DNA of 64,000 bases from an uncultured Thermodesulfobacteriota bacterium (GTDB lineage Bacteria; Desulfobacterota; WTBG01; CAIYCZ01; CAIRTM01): assembly GCA_964387595.1 (NCBI GenBank), contig CAYLYF010000004.1:2139-66138 (forward strand), read 5' to 3'. Below the pieces are notes generated by a model. The model searched no databases and was not told the DNA's origin. It saw only the letters and a list, made by a program, of their open reading frames with translations. Below are positions 46,691 through 56,188 of this stretch, piece by piece (within the stretch, counting starts at the first letter, position 1; every line of letters starts with the position of its first letter). A program made the position numbers and the translations under genes.

Positions 46691-46761
46691 TCATTTTAAT
46701 TCATTTAAATCGTTCAATCCGTTCAAACTGTTCTTGAGGCTACAATATTAAAAAAATTGCT

Positions 46762-47151
46762 CTAGTCAAGTCCAAACAGTCTGTTTATCATCTTAATTAT
46801 CACATCTAATACTCTTTTTAACCATCCGGGGTTTTTCAATGTCTCAAGACGGGCCCTGGCATCTTCAAGTTCCTCTTCTGAAAAATCTTTCCGCACCACA
46901 TTTTCTTCGACCTCAAGCTCAAGTTTTTCAATTTCAGATATTTCATCCACGGCCAAAACATCAATAAATCTCCAGCCCAGAGCCTTTGCTGATTCTATTC
47001 TTCTATGTCCGGCAATAAGAAAATTATCTCTGGTAATGACAACCGGGTTCATCAGTCCGTGCTTGCGAAGACTTTCAATCAAAGGCGTTAAATCACCCAG
47101 CTCCTTTCTTATCCGTTTTTTGATCTTTATTTCTTCAATACGTATCTGCAA
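46762..47151 (-). CDS. ParB-like nuclease-domain protein (short, N-terminal domain only)
   Basis: NPVVITRDNFLIAGHRRIESAKALG ParB/Srx-fold motif. The product is 129 aa. Confidence 0.55.
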   Translation of the reverse strand: MQIRIEEIKIKKRIRKELGDLTPLIESLRKHGLMNPVVITRDNFLIAGHRRIESAKALGWRFIDVLAVDEISEIEKLELEVEENVVRKDFSEEELEDARARLETLKNPGWLKRVLDVIIKMINRLFGLD

Positions 47152-47305
47152 GGTATTTTCCCAAAATTAAATCCTGTCGTAAAAGCAATATAGAATAAAC
47201 GCCTTTGCGTGTCAATAACACACCGGCAGATAGTCCAGATTGCTGTCTTTGAAATGTTCCGGGAAAAAACAGGGGAAAGAAAAATATATTTTTAACAGCT
47301 TAAAA

Positions 47306-47533
47306 TCAAAACCTGTAAACCATGGTGTCCTGATCAGGCAGGTTCTCATCCGCCACAACATCAGAGTCTGCATTATAACTGAAATCATCCTCGTCATAGA
47401 GCTCAGATTCCTGATTCATATTAAAGTCAGCCGCTATTTCGGTAGAATATTCATTGTCCATCCAGACATAATCTTCAGGATTTTCAATTGCTGCACATGC
47501 CAGAAAAACTATTACGATAAGTATTTGTCTCAT
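47306..47533 (-). CDS. small secreted acidic protein (hypothetical)
   Basis: A signal peptide (MRQILIVIVFLACAA) preceded by an AAGGAGAAG RBS, then an Asp/Glu-rich tail. Confidence 0.4.
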   Translation of the reverse strand: MRQILIVIVFLACAAIENPEDYVWMDNEYSTEIAADFNMNQESELYDEDDFSYNADSDVVADENLPDQDTMVYRF

Positions 47534-47942
47534 AATCTTCTCCTTTATATACCTACTATATATTGTAGTACATTTATTAGAACATGCAATATGTTGTGCT
47601 TGTTTTTTTAATAATTTTTAAGGAAACGTTTTAATCATCTTTTGATACCCATAATAGCGCCTGTCTTTGTCATATCAGGTCAAAGGGAATGATTTTTTTT
47701 AATAAGTTGTTGCTATTTCCTATGTTAAATTGATATATATTGATAATATTTTTATTGTTTTTTCTTGTTTAATAATGTCATTAGAAATAGACAAGGATGG
47801 CAAATTAAAAAGCTCCAAATTTAAGGCGCGCAAGTCTAAAGGAATGAGGCGTACTTACTGTACGCCGCAAAGACTGAAGATGCAGCGCAACGCAGCCTCG
47901 CCCTGGCGGGATTTAAGAAGCCATATTGTTTAGGAGAAAAAT

Positions 47943-48917
47943 ATGTCCCGCGGAGACCAGCTCGGAAGACAATGGCAGATCATCCAGACCCTCCTTTCTT
48001 CAAAAAGAGGCAAATCTGCAGCAGAAATATCAGATGAACTTGAATGTAACCTGCGCACAGTCTACCGTGATCTTGAGGCCCTTCAGATCGCGGGATTTCC
48101 GATCTGCAATGAAAGAGAAGACGGAAAAAACCTATGGTCACTTCTTGATACAGTTAAACAAAGCATCCCCATTCCCTTCACCCTGACAGAACTGATGGCC
48201 CTGTATTTCAGCCGCGACCTGCTCCGGACCCTCCAGGACACACTGTTCTATGATTCTCTTGAATCTCTTTTTAAAAAAATAAAAACAACGCTTCCGCCCG
48301 ATTCAGAAGAGTTTCTGAAAAATGTCCAAAAAACCCTTTATGTCAGCCAAAAGCAGTACAAAGAATACGGCAGATCAAAGGGAACCATAAACACGGTAAA
48401 TGATGCGGCCATCCGAAAAAAATCAATTGAGATCGATTATTATTCAATGAGCCATAAAAAAGAGAGCACCCGCAAAGTCGACCCTTACAGAATATGGTTT
48501 TTTAACGGGACCTTCTATTTGATCGCATACTGTCATCAGCGTAAAGAAACACGGATCTTTGCCCTTGACCGCATAAAATCCGTACAAATGACAAATGAAA
48601 ATTTTATTGTTCCGGACGACTTTGATCTGGAAGACTTTATGAAACCGAGCTTCGGCATATTTAAAGGAAAACCGGAAAATGTGAAAATATGGTTTGACAC
48701 TGACGCAGCCGGTTATATCAACGAGAAGGTCTGGCATGAAACGCAACAAATAACAGAAAACAAAGACGGGTCCATCATCTTTGAAGCAGAAATCGCCGTA
48801 ACAGAAGAAATAAAAACATGGGTGTTAAGCTGGGGATCAAAAGCCGCAGTCCTAAAACCGGAGTCATTAAAAAAAGAGATGCTGACTGAGATAAAAAAAA
48901 TGGCGGGTAAATATTAA
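47943..48917 (+). CDS. WYL-domain transcriptional regulator (HTH + WYL + WCX, BrxR/CapW-like)
   Basis: The N-terminal HTH reads KSAAEISDELECNLRTVYRDLEALQIAGFPI. The WYL core reads TFYLIAYCHQRKETRIFALDRIKS. Confidence 0.75.
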   Translation: MSRGDQLGRQWQIIQTLLSSKRGKSAAEISDELECNLRTVYRDLEALQIAGFPICNEREDGKNLWSLLDTVKQSIPIPFTLTELMALYFSRDLLRTLQDTLFYDSLESLFKKIKTTLPPDSEEFLKNVQKTLYVSQKQYKEYGRSKGTINTVNDAAIRKKSIEIDYYSMSHKKESTRKVDPYRIWFFNGTFYLIAYCHQRKETRIFALDRIKSVQMTNENFIVPDDFDLEDFMKPSFGIFKGKPENVKIWFDTDAAGYINEKVWHETQQITENKDGSIIFEAEIAVTEEIKTWVLSWGSKAAVLKPESLKKEMLTEIKKMAGKY

Positions 48918-49184
48918 AAACCGGTTTTAATAACTTTCAAAGTATGGCATGGACCAGTAGTTTTGGATGACCCGCCCCACTTAGCTGTACCAATATTTGT
49001 GAGAGAGCATTTGCTGATTTAGCAGACTTATTAAAATAATTGCTTGCAAAAACAAGTTTGAGGAAACTATATTTATCAAACAAAAAATATTTTAAAAACT
49101 TTAAATACAGCTATTTAGCTTAAATCAACTTAAAAACACCCTTGCCGGGTAAAAATTAATCATTAAAATAATCAAGTAGATATA

Positions 49185-49799
49185 ATGCTTATTCTTCTTT
49201 TTGCCATATTAATATATTTCTACGGCGCTTTGCCTTATGCCTACATTGCAACGTATCTTTTAAAAAAAAGAAACCTTGCTTACGAGGGCTCCGGCAATAT
49301 AGGTGTTACAAACGCATTTAAAATTGGCGGTACAAGCGTGGGCATTATTACGGTGCTGGGCGAAATCTCCAAGGCAATTATTCCAATCCTTGCTTCAAGC
49401 TATTTCTTTGAGAGTAATATAAAAATAACGCTTCTTTTTATATACCTTTCATTTCTCGGGACAAGTTTTTCAATATTTTTAAAAGGCAGAGGCGGTAAAG
49501 GCAGTACCGTAACCATTTGGAGCCTGATGATTTTATCACCAAAGGCCTGTGTCATCATGTTAATTATCTGGACAACACTTGTTCTTTTCTCAAAAAATAA
49601 TCCTGTGATAAAAACAATCCCTCTTTTTTTGATTCCAATTATATTCTATATCTTTGAAAAAGATATTTACTTTACTGTTTTTTGTGTTTTATTCAGTATT
49701 ACAACATTTATAAACAATAGAATAAAAATGGATGACTATAAATTTTATAAAATTTTTAATAATAACCCGTTAAGCAAGAAGCATACGAATGGCACATAA
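49185..49799 (+). CDS. PlsY-family (acyl-phosphate:glycerol-3-phosphate acyltransferase-like) membrane protein
   Basis: EGSGNIGVTNAFKIGG and FLKGRGGKGSTV motifs, with about five transmembrane helices. It is very AT-rich. Confidence 0.55.
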   Translation: MLILLFAILIYFYGALPYAYIATYLLKKRNLAYEGSGNIGVTNAFKIGGTSVGIITVLGEISKAIIPILASSYFFESNIKITLLFIYLSFLGTSFSIFLKGRGGKGSTVTIWSLMILSPKACVIMLIIWTTLVLFSKNNPVIKTIPLFLIPIIFYIFEKDIYFTVFCVLFSITTFINNRIKMDDYKFYKIFNNNPLSKKHTNGT

Positions 49800-52143
49800 T
49801 TATATTTTAAAACTGAGCGACTGCAGCCCGCAATCACCCATCGGCAATAAAGCCCGTTCTCTTCTTTCTCTGGATACTCTTCATTACAAAGTTCCTGACA
49901 CTTATATCTGTACTTTTGATGCCTACAAATCCTTTTTATTAAACCCTGCAGAAACAGAAAAAGTAATTCAAGAAGAATTGGCCGGCATCCTAAACAGTCA
50001 AACAACTTATGCCGTACGCTCTTCATCAAGCCTGGAAGATGGCCGCACCTATTCGTACGCAGGTCTTTTCACCACCGTTCTAAACGTGGAAGGTATAGCT
50101 TCAATATGGACTTCAGTCAAATCTGTCTGGGAAACAGCTGATTCTGAAACCGTTAGATCTTACATCCAAAAAATAGGCCGGAACAAAAAAAAATTTTCAA
50201 TGACTGTCATTATTCAGGAGATGATACCGGCAGAATTCTCAGGGGTTGTATTTACACAAAATCCTTTAACAGGCAAAAACGAAACAGTCATTGAAGTCAT
50301 CAAAGGAACCGGCGACAACCTCGTTCAGAATGGTTTTACTCCTTTTCGATGGAGACTGGACAAGGACGGAATCCTTGAAGAACCCGAACAGAATCTTGTT
50401 TCTAAAGAAACCATATCAATAATTTTTGAACAGACAAATAAATTATCCCGCCAGATTGATAAGCCTCTTGATCTGGAATGGTGTTTTAGTAAAGGATCTT
50501 TATTTTGGCTTCAAATGAGAGAAATAACTGCGATACAGAACACAGATGTTTACACAAACCACTTCTCAAAAGAGTTTCTTCCCGGAATAATAAAACCGTT
50601 GGTATGGTCGATCAGTGTACCGCAGATAAACAAGGCTTGGGTTAAAGTTCTGACTGAGATAATGGGAAAAAATAATCTTGATTATAAACGCTTATCAAAA
50701 TCATTTTATTACCATGCCTATTTTAATACGGGAGTATTAGAAATTATTTTTAAAAAGCTTGGTTTTCCTTCAAAAATACTGGATACGCTTATAATCGGTA
50801 ATACAAAATTTTCAGAAGGAATATCTTACAAGCCCACATTAAGAACACTCCGCTTTGCCCCTCGGATGATATTCTTCCTGTTGGATAAACTTAATATTTA
50901 TAAAAGACTGAGCCTTTTTTTAAAAAAAATTGAAGAAGAGGTTTATGAGATCAAAAAAAATGATTTTAGCACGCTTACAGACAAACAACTTTTAGAACAA
51001 ATTGAGGGGCTGTTATTAAAGACTGATCAGCTAAGTTACTATTATCTTTTAGCACCCTTTATTCTTTATTTTTCAAGTTATTTTCTCAGAAAAAGCATTG
51101 GCACAAAAAACCCAGACTTCGTTCACTTTGACGGTTCAGAAATAAACAGTCTTGAGAATTATGATCCGAATATATATATGATCAAACTAAGTAAACAATT
51201 TAAAAAACTGAATATTAACACCCAGAATACACTTAAAGAGACATCCTATGAAGACTTTTGTTCTATGAAGGGAGTTGAATCTTTTAAATCAGGTGTAAAT
51301 AATTTTCTCGAACGTTTTGGTCATTTTAGCGATAGCGGTACTGACTTTTCTTTTAAACCCTGGAAAGAAACGCCAACTTTATTGCTTCACATTATTACAG
51401 ATTATCAATCCAAAATCCAAAATCCGCGCAATCCGTACAATACGTTAATAAAAACGCTGCCATTTTTCAAAAGAGGAGTAATTAAAATAATCCTAAAAAA
51501 AGTTAAAAAGGCCAGAGAATACAAAGAAAAGACGAGTTATATACACACCTATAGTTACGGCATATTAAGGGATCTTTTTATTCAGCTTGGAAACAGTTAT
51601 CAAAAAAAAGATTTTCTCAATAATAAAGAGGATATATTCCTCTTATATTTTGATGAAATTATGGAAATTGCAGAGAGAAAATCTTTAGGTGAAAACATCC
51701 GAGATAAGATCAAAAAAAGGAAAGAAGACATTTGTCGATATAAAAATATGAATTTGCCAAGCATTATATTTGGCGAACAGGAACCCCCGCCTGAACTTTC
51801 TAAAAATATTGATTTTAGTGGAATTGCCACATCCTGTGGATATTGCAGCGGTTATATAAAAGTAGTAAAAGGTATAAGTGAATATGATAAGATGAATCAG
51901 GGAGACATACTGGTTATTCCCTATTCGGACATTGGGCTGGCGCCATTGTTTTCTAAGGCTGGAGCTGTCATTTCTGAATCAGGCGGAATTCTTTCCCATT
52001 GTTCAATCATAGCCCGGGAGTATAAAATTCCTGCAATAACATCAGTAGAAAGAGCCTGTTCCTTGGAAGATAATACCTTTGTAATCGTTGATGGCTATAA
52101 AGGTGAAGTAAGAATAAGTGAATGTCCTGAAAAAGTTAACTAA
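49789..52143 (+). CDS. PEP-utilising enzyme family protein (PPDK_N ATP-grasp plus phospho-His swivel domain; PEP-synthase / rifampin-phosphotransferase-like)
   Basis: IGNKARSL and VRSSSSLEDGRTYSYAGLFTTVLNV (PPDK_N), and a C-terminal GGILSHCSIIAREYKIPAI phosphohistidine domain. It overlaps the PlsY-like gene by 11 nt. Confidence 0.65.
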   Translation: MAHNYILKLSDCSPQSPIGNKARSLLSLDTLHYKVPDTYICTFDAYKSFLLNPAETEKVIQEELAGILNSQTTYAVRSSSSLEDGRTYSYAGLFTTVLNVEGIASIWTSVKSVWETADSETVRSYIQKIGRNKKKFSMTVIIQEMIPAEFSGVVFTQNPLTGKNETVIEVIKGTGDNLVQNGFTPFRWRLDKDGILEEPEQNLVSKETISIIFEQTNKLSRQIDKPLDLEWCFSKGSLFWLQMREITAIQNTDVYTNHFSKEFLPGIIKPLVWSISVPQINKAWVKVLTEIMGKNNLDYKRLSKSFYYHAYFNTGVLEIIFKKLGFPSKILDTLIIGNTKFSEGISYKPTLRTLRFAPRMIFFLLDKLNIYKRLSLFLKKIEEEVYEIKKNDFSTLTDKQLLEQIEGLLLKTDQLSYYYLLAPFILYFSSYFLRKSIGTKNPDFVHFDGSEINSLENYDPNIYMIKLSKQFKKLNINTQNTLKETSYEDFCSMKGVESFKSGVNNFLERFGHFSDSGTDFSFKPWKETPTLLLHIITDYQSKIQNPRNPYNTLIKTLPFFKRGVIKIILKKVKKAREYKEKTSYIHTYSYGILRDLFIQLGNSYQKKDFLNNKEDIFLLYFDEIMEIAERKSLGENIRDKIKKRKEDICRYKNMNLPSIIFGEQEPPPELSKNIDFSGIATSCGYCSGYIKVVKGISEYDKMNQGDILVIPYSDIGLAPLFSKAGAVISESGGILSHCSIIAREYKIPAITSVERACSLEDNTFVIVDGYKGEVRISECPEKVN

Positions 52144-52154
52144 AAAGTGGCTTA

Positions 52155-52892
52155 TTGCAAAACAGAGAACTATCCATGCCTACAAGAATAATTATTAACG
52201 TACCAATCCTTGTTTTTTCTTTATTTTTGTCTTGCTTCATATTCTACAGTATAAGCTGGGCTGGTTTTCAGTTTCTTGACCCGGAAATACCCAATGGAGA
52301 GACAATCACCTACAGCAGTCGAAGCGATGGAAAAACCATCACGGTTAAAGAACAGATCACTCATATCAGGGACGGGCAAAACAACTTATACGAGATTGCT
52401 TCAGTATCGCCCGTACTGGACACCTATATCCGCGTGAACAGAAAAGATATGACCGTTAGCTCTGTTCAAACCATCCAAAAATATGATGCCGCAACCCTGG
52501 ATTCAAAACTTATTGTAAAAAATTCGAAAGCCAATCCAGATAATGACGCTATTAAAATTCCCCACTTTGTTGCCTTAAGCCATTTGTTAAGAGGCTTCCC
52601 CTTCGAGTCAAAAGAAAAATTACAGATTAATTATTTCGGCGGCAGCGGCAGTAAAAAATTCATGCTCTGTGTCCGTAATAAACACCGCAAGACCATTCAG
52701 GTTATGGGTAAAAAGATCGAATGCTACAAACTTGAATTTGGTCTGGCCGGCTTCCTGTGGGCTGTTCTGCCTGAACTTGAATTGTGGTACAGCGTTGAGC
52801 CGCCCCACTATATGGTCAGATACAAAGGCCCGGAAGGTCCGCCAGGAACACCCAAGCGTTTTATTGAGATAATCGATTATCAAGCACCCTGA
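52155..52892 (+). CDS. hypothetical secreted or membrane-anchored protein
   Basis: An N-terminal hydrophobic segment (IIINVPILVFSLFLSCFIFYSISWA). I recognised no domain. Confidence 0.35.
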   Translation: MQNRELSMPTRIIINVPILVFSLFLSCFIFYSISWAGFQFLDPEIPNGETITYSSRSDGKTITVKEQITHIRDGQNNLYEIASVSPVLDTYIRVNRKDMTVSSVQTIQKYDAATLDSKLIVKNSKANPDNDAIKIPHFVALSHLLRGFPFESKEKLQINYFGGSGSKKFMLCVRNKHRKTIQVMGKKIECYKLEFGLAGFLWAVLPELELWYSVEPPHYMVRYKGPEGPPGTPKRFIEIIDYQAP

Positions 52893-52975
52893 AAACATCA
52901 CCGGGTGTCCCCATTCTCAGAAACGGGGATAAATAATTTTAGGGTTATAATCTTTAAATCGTAAAGGAGACCCTT

Positions 52976-53365
52976 ATGAGTGTTTGGTATGCAGATCTAA
53001 TTAAGCCCCCTTTTAATCCCCCAAACTGGGTTTTCGGTCCGGTTTGGACAATTTTATACATCATGATTGCCTGTTCAATCATTTTATACTTAAAAACACC
53101 CTCTAAACATTTGCCGACGCTCACCATCATTATTCTTTTATCCCACCTCATCTTAAATTTTATCTGGATGCCCCTCTTTTTCAGGCTAAATTCTCTGCTG
53201 CTCTCCTTGATCGATATCCTTGTTTTAGACCTGACACTCATCGTTATCATCTTTCTTTTTTGGAAAACCTCCATGGCAGCTGCTGCATTTTTAATTCCTT
53301 ACTTTCTATGGATTTGTCTCGCGACCTATTTAAACGCAGGTATTTTTCTGCTGAACAGACAATAA
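52976..53365 (+). CDS. tspO: TspO/MBR (tryptophan-rich sensory protein) family, short form
   Basis: WYADLIKPPFNPPNWVFGPVWTILYIMIA ... FLIPYFLWICLATYLN. At 129 aa it appears to lack the first transmembrane helix of canonical TspO. Confidence 0.6.
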   Translation: MSVWYADLIKPPFNPPNWVFGPVWTILYIMIACSIILYLKTPSKHLPTLTIIILLSHLILNFIWMPLFFRLNSLLLSLIDILVLDLTLIVIIFLFWKTSMAAAAFLIPYFLWICLATYLNAGIFLLNRQ

Positions 53366-53419
53366 TTTTTTTGCTAACTGGTAAATAATTCAGATATTAA
53401 TTTTAAAAAGAAGAATGTT

Positions 53420-53991
53420 ATGAATAAAATACTATTGCAAATATTAATTTTTATTTTTATAGGGAATACAGCAATGGCTGAACAAAAGGATAAAGTCATT
53501 TATGATTTTACTAAAGAAAAAGACCTTGCAGAATGGCAGGGAATTAATGACACCGTTATGGGCGGCATCTCCCAAAACCGAATGAAACAGTGCGGAGAAG
53601 CACTTGTATGTTTTTCTGGAAATATCTCTCTGGAGAATTTTGGAGGGTTCTGTTCTGCAAGCTCTCTGCCGACACGGACACATGACCTCAGCGATTTTAA
53701 AGGCATTAAGATAAGGCTTAAAGGCGACGGTAAAAAATACAAGGCAACAGTGAAGAATGACGCTTCATTCAGCGGTTTTGTGTACCAGTTTGAATTTAAG
53801 ACTGAAGCGGGGTAATGCAGCGACGTCATTGCCCCCTTCAATAAATTTATACCGGTCTTCAGGGGAGTTGTTCAGGATAGTACAGACAAATTGAAGAATG
53901 GTAAAATAAAGACGTTTGGTTTCCTGATAGCAGACAAGCAGGAAGGGGCTTTTCGTCTGGAAATTGATAATATCAAGGCTTATTTAAAATA
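53420..53991 (+). pseudogene. CIA30-family (complex-I-intermediate-associated protein 30-like) gene interrupted by an in-frame TAA at 53813-53815
   Basis: The ORF 53420-53815 (…WQGINDTVMGGIS…) continues in the same frame after the TAA for 58 more codons, to 53991 (CSDVIAPFNKFIPVFRGVVQD…FRLEIDNIKAYLK). Confidence 0.55.
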
Positions 53992-54115
53992 GATCGAAAA
54001 ACGCTGTTTGCTTCTGTATTTAAGGCTGTTTGCAGTCAACCCTTCCTCATCCGTTCCGCCTTCTGGACCGGTTATGATTGTAGAACAAAATCCGTTTTTG
54101 ATAAACAAAACCGGT

Positions 54116-54550
54116 TCAGGGCTTTATTCTTTCCCAATCCGCAATCGGACCTTCAACGAGTTTAAAAAAAGGATGTGCATCAGGGGTGTTAATAGAATAA
54201 TATTTTTTATATAACTCGGGATCCCGTATCTTCAGTTTATTCAACAGGTGCATCCATTCATATTTGATTTGACCGGTGGTCAGTTCGATTTTTCCTCGTG
54301 TACCGGGACCTTCAATTTTGGTCCGGTTAAAATGATATCTCCGGCTTTGGGCCTCAGCAAAAACACCCGTAAGATATGATCTCAAATAGCGAACAGGATC
54401 AGGCCTTTTTCTGAAACGGATTAACTGCGGATGGTGACAATATGCATTGGTTTGGCCAGATAAAACCTTTACGGCCAGCAAACCTTCACGCCAGAGAGCC
54501 ACCAAACCTTTAGCGTCTAAATAGCAGGGATGCAATGACCAGAGTCTCAT
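54116..54550 (-). CDS. pyrimidine-dimer DNA glycosylase (T4 endonuclease V / DenV-like, Pyr_excise family)
   Basis: MRLWSLHPCYLDAKGLVALWREGLLAVKVLSGQTNAYCHHPQLIRF is a characteristic N-terminus. The start was chosen at the internal Met. Confidence 0.6.
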   Translation of the reverse strand: MRLWSLHPCYLDAKGLVALWREGLLAVKVLSGQTNAYCHHPQLIRFRKRPDPVRYLRSYLTGVFAEAQSRRYHFNRTKIEGPGTRGKIELTTGQIKYEWMHLLNKLKIRDPELYKKYYSINTPDAHPFFKLVEGPIADWERIKP

Positions 54551-54640
54551 GTCTGTTACTCCGGGTAATGTGTTCAATTAATCGTTCAGTTTTAACTGAC
54601 AGCAGTTATCATATTACAAAAAATCTATATATTTATTTGG

Positions 54641-54770
54641 GAAAAAATGGAAGTAACAGAAGAAATTAATACATGGGTGCTAAGCTGGAGATCGAAAACC
54701 GGCAGTCCTAAAACCGGGGTCATTTAAAAAAGAGATGCTAACAAAGATAAAAAAATGCTTGGAAAATATT
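54641..54770 (+). pseudogene. Decayed partial copy of the 3' end of the WYL-regulator gene
   Basis: It is about 85-90% identical to 48797-48917 (GTAACAGAAGAAAT.A..ACATGGGTG.TAAGCTGG.GATC.AAA.CCG.CAGTCCTAAAACCGG.GTCATT). The copy carries frame-disrupting changes. Confidence 0.7.
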
Positions 54771-54844
54771 AGCCTATCATCTTAAGTTTTCATACTCCGT
54801 TTGACTCTGCACCCGGGTTCAGTATATTCAAGAATCGCTTCCAA

Positions 54845-55390
54845 TCAACCCTCGTCAACAGGTGCCAGACCGGTACGTAACAATCTGCCGGTATCATGCC
54901 CCTGCTCTTTCAGACGCATAAGAATTTTGCTGTAAAGATCATCTTCCATCTCCGGCGTTCGTGAAAGGATCCAAAGATATTTATGTCTCGGATGACCGAC
55001 CACCGCCCATTGATAATCTTTGTCCAGCTGTATGATCCAGTAATTCCCGCTGAACGGCCAGAAAAACTGTACCTTGAGCTTGGCATTTGTTTTTTTATCA
55101 ACCACCCAGGCTTTCCCTGAAGCTGATTTCTCCTTACCGTCAGCCGTCCGGATACGGGCTTTATTCAGTACTTTTATCTTTCCATCCTCCCGCAGCGAAT
55201 AGGTCGCTGTTGTTGCAGTACAGTTCTTCTGGAAATTGTTTGGATAACGTGCGATCTCATACCAGGTTCCGATATATTTGTTTAAATCGACGGAGGGAAC
55301 GACTTCCGGCGTATTTTTCATCATATCATCCTTTCCCGCACACGAAGTAAGAAGGATTAAAAGCAAAATAACTGTTTTTTTCATGGCCAT
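54845..55390 (-). CDS. blc: bacterial lipocalin (outer-membrane lipoprotein Blc)
   Basis: Lipoprotein signal (LLILLTSCAG) and the lipocalin signature GTWYEIARYP. Confidence 0.8.
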   Translation of the reverse strand: MAMKKTVILLLILLTSCAGKDDMMKNTPEVVPSVDLNKYIGTWYEIARYPNNFQKNCTATTATYSLREDGKIKVLNKARIRTADGKEKSASGKAWVVDKKTNAKLKVQFFWPFSGNYWIIQLDKDYQWAVVGHPRHKYLWILSRTPEMEDDLYSKILMRLKEQGHDTGRLLRTGLAPVDEG

Positions 55391-55441
55391 ACCAGTATTG
55401 ATCTTAGATTAGTTCTGACAGCTAAAAACTTTCTCCGGCAA

Positions 55442-56068
55442 TTACTGCGCAAGTTTTTCTGCAGCAGCAGAAAGTTCCTGAATCGCTTCGGCAGTAGCAA
55501 AACCCTCACCCTGCCAGCGGATAATCCCCGCTTTATCAAGCAGAAAGGCATGTCCCTTTTGCGGGTCAAGATTCAGCGCCGCCGTATATTTCTCAACATC
55601 ACCATACATGGTCATCACATGCTTATGCTTAAATTCTGGAATGCCGGCCCGCATCCCGCCGTCAATAACAACTTTCATAAACTTATAGCCCGATGAGATC
55701 ATGGGCACCTCATAAAACATAAATCCGTCCCGTTTACCAAAAGTCTCATAAAAAGGATTCAGCCAGGAATCCAGCTGCGGCTGACTCTCCCGCAAAAAGG
55801 CAACCCCCACAAGGGTTACCTTGCCTTTTGCGTCAACGGGCAGTGTTGCAGGCTTATTCTCAAGTGTCTTTGCACTTATCTCAGGAAAAATTTTACCAAT
55901 ATTTGCCTGTTTTTTATCTGTCATGACATATACCCTCTTTTTCTCCTGTTTTTTATCATTTACCTTTTGCGCATAAGCACTTCCGGCACCTGCCGTAAGC
56001 AGCAGCACTATTCCCAAAACACATATAATATAAGTAGTATCTTCTGCTTTAAAGGAATCATTTTTCAT
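55442..56068 (-). CDS. hypothetical periplasmic protein
   Basis: It has a signal peptide (IICVLGIVLLLTAGAGSAYA) and a 208-aa product. I recognised no domain. Confidence 0.4.
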   Translation of the reverse strand: MKNDSFKAEDTTYIICVLGIVLLLTAGAGSAYAQKVNDKKQEKKRVYVMTDKKQANIGKIFPEISAKTLENKPATLPVDAKGKVTLVGVAFLRESQPQLDSWLNPFYETFGKRDGFMFYEVPMISSGYKFMKVVIDGGMRAGIPEFKHKHVMTMYGDVEKYTAALNLDPQKGHAFLLDKAGIIRWQGEGFATAEAIQELSAAAEKLAQ

Positions 56069-56188
56069 TGAAAAACTCCTAAACTATTTAATTTTTTCAG
56101 ATCAAAGATATGCCTGTACCTGCGCATTAAACATAAGAGGGGCCCTATATTTCTATAGAGCCCCTCTATCATGCTAAATCATATCAAT

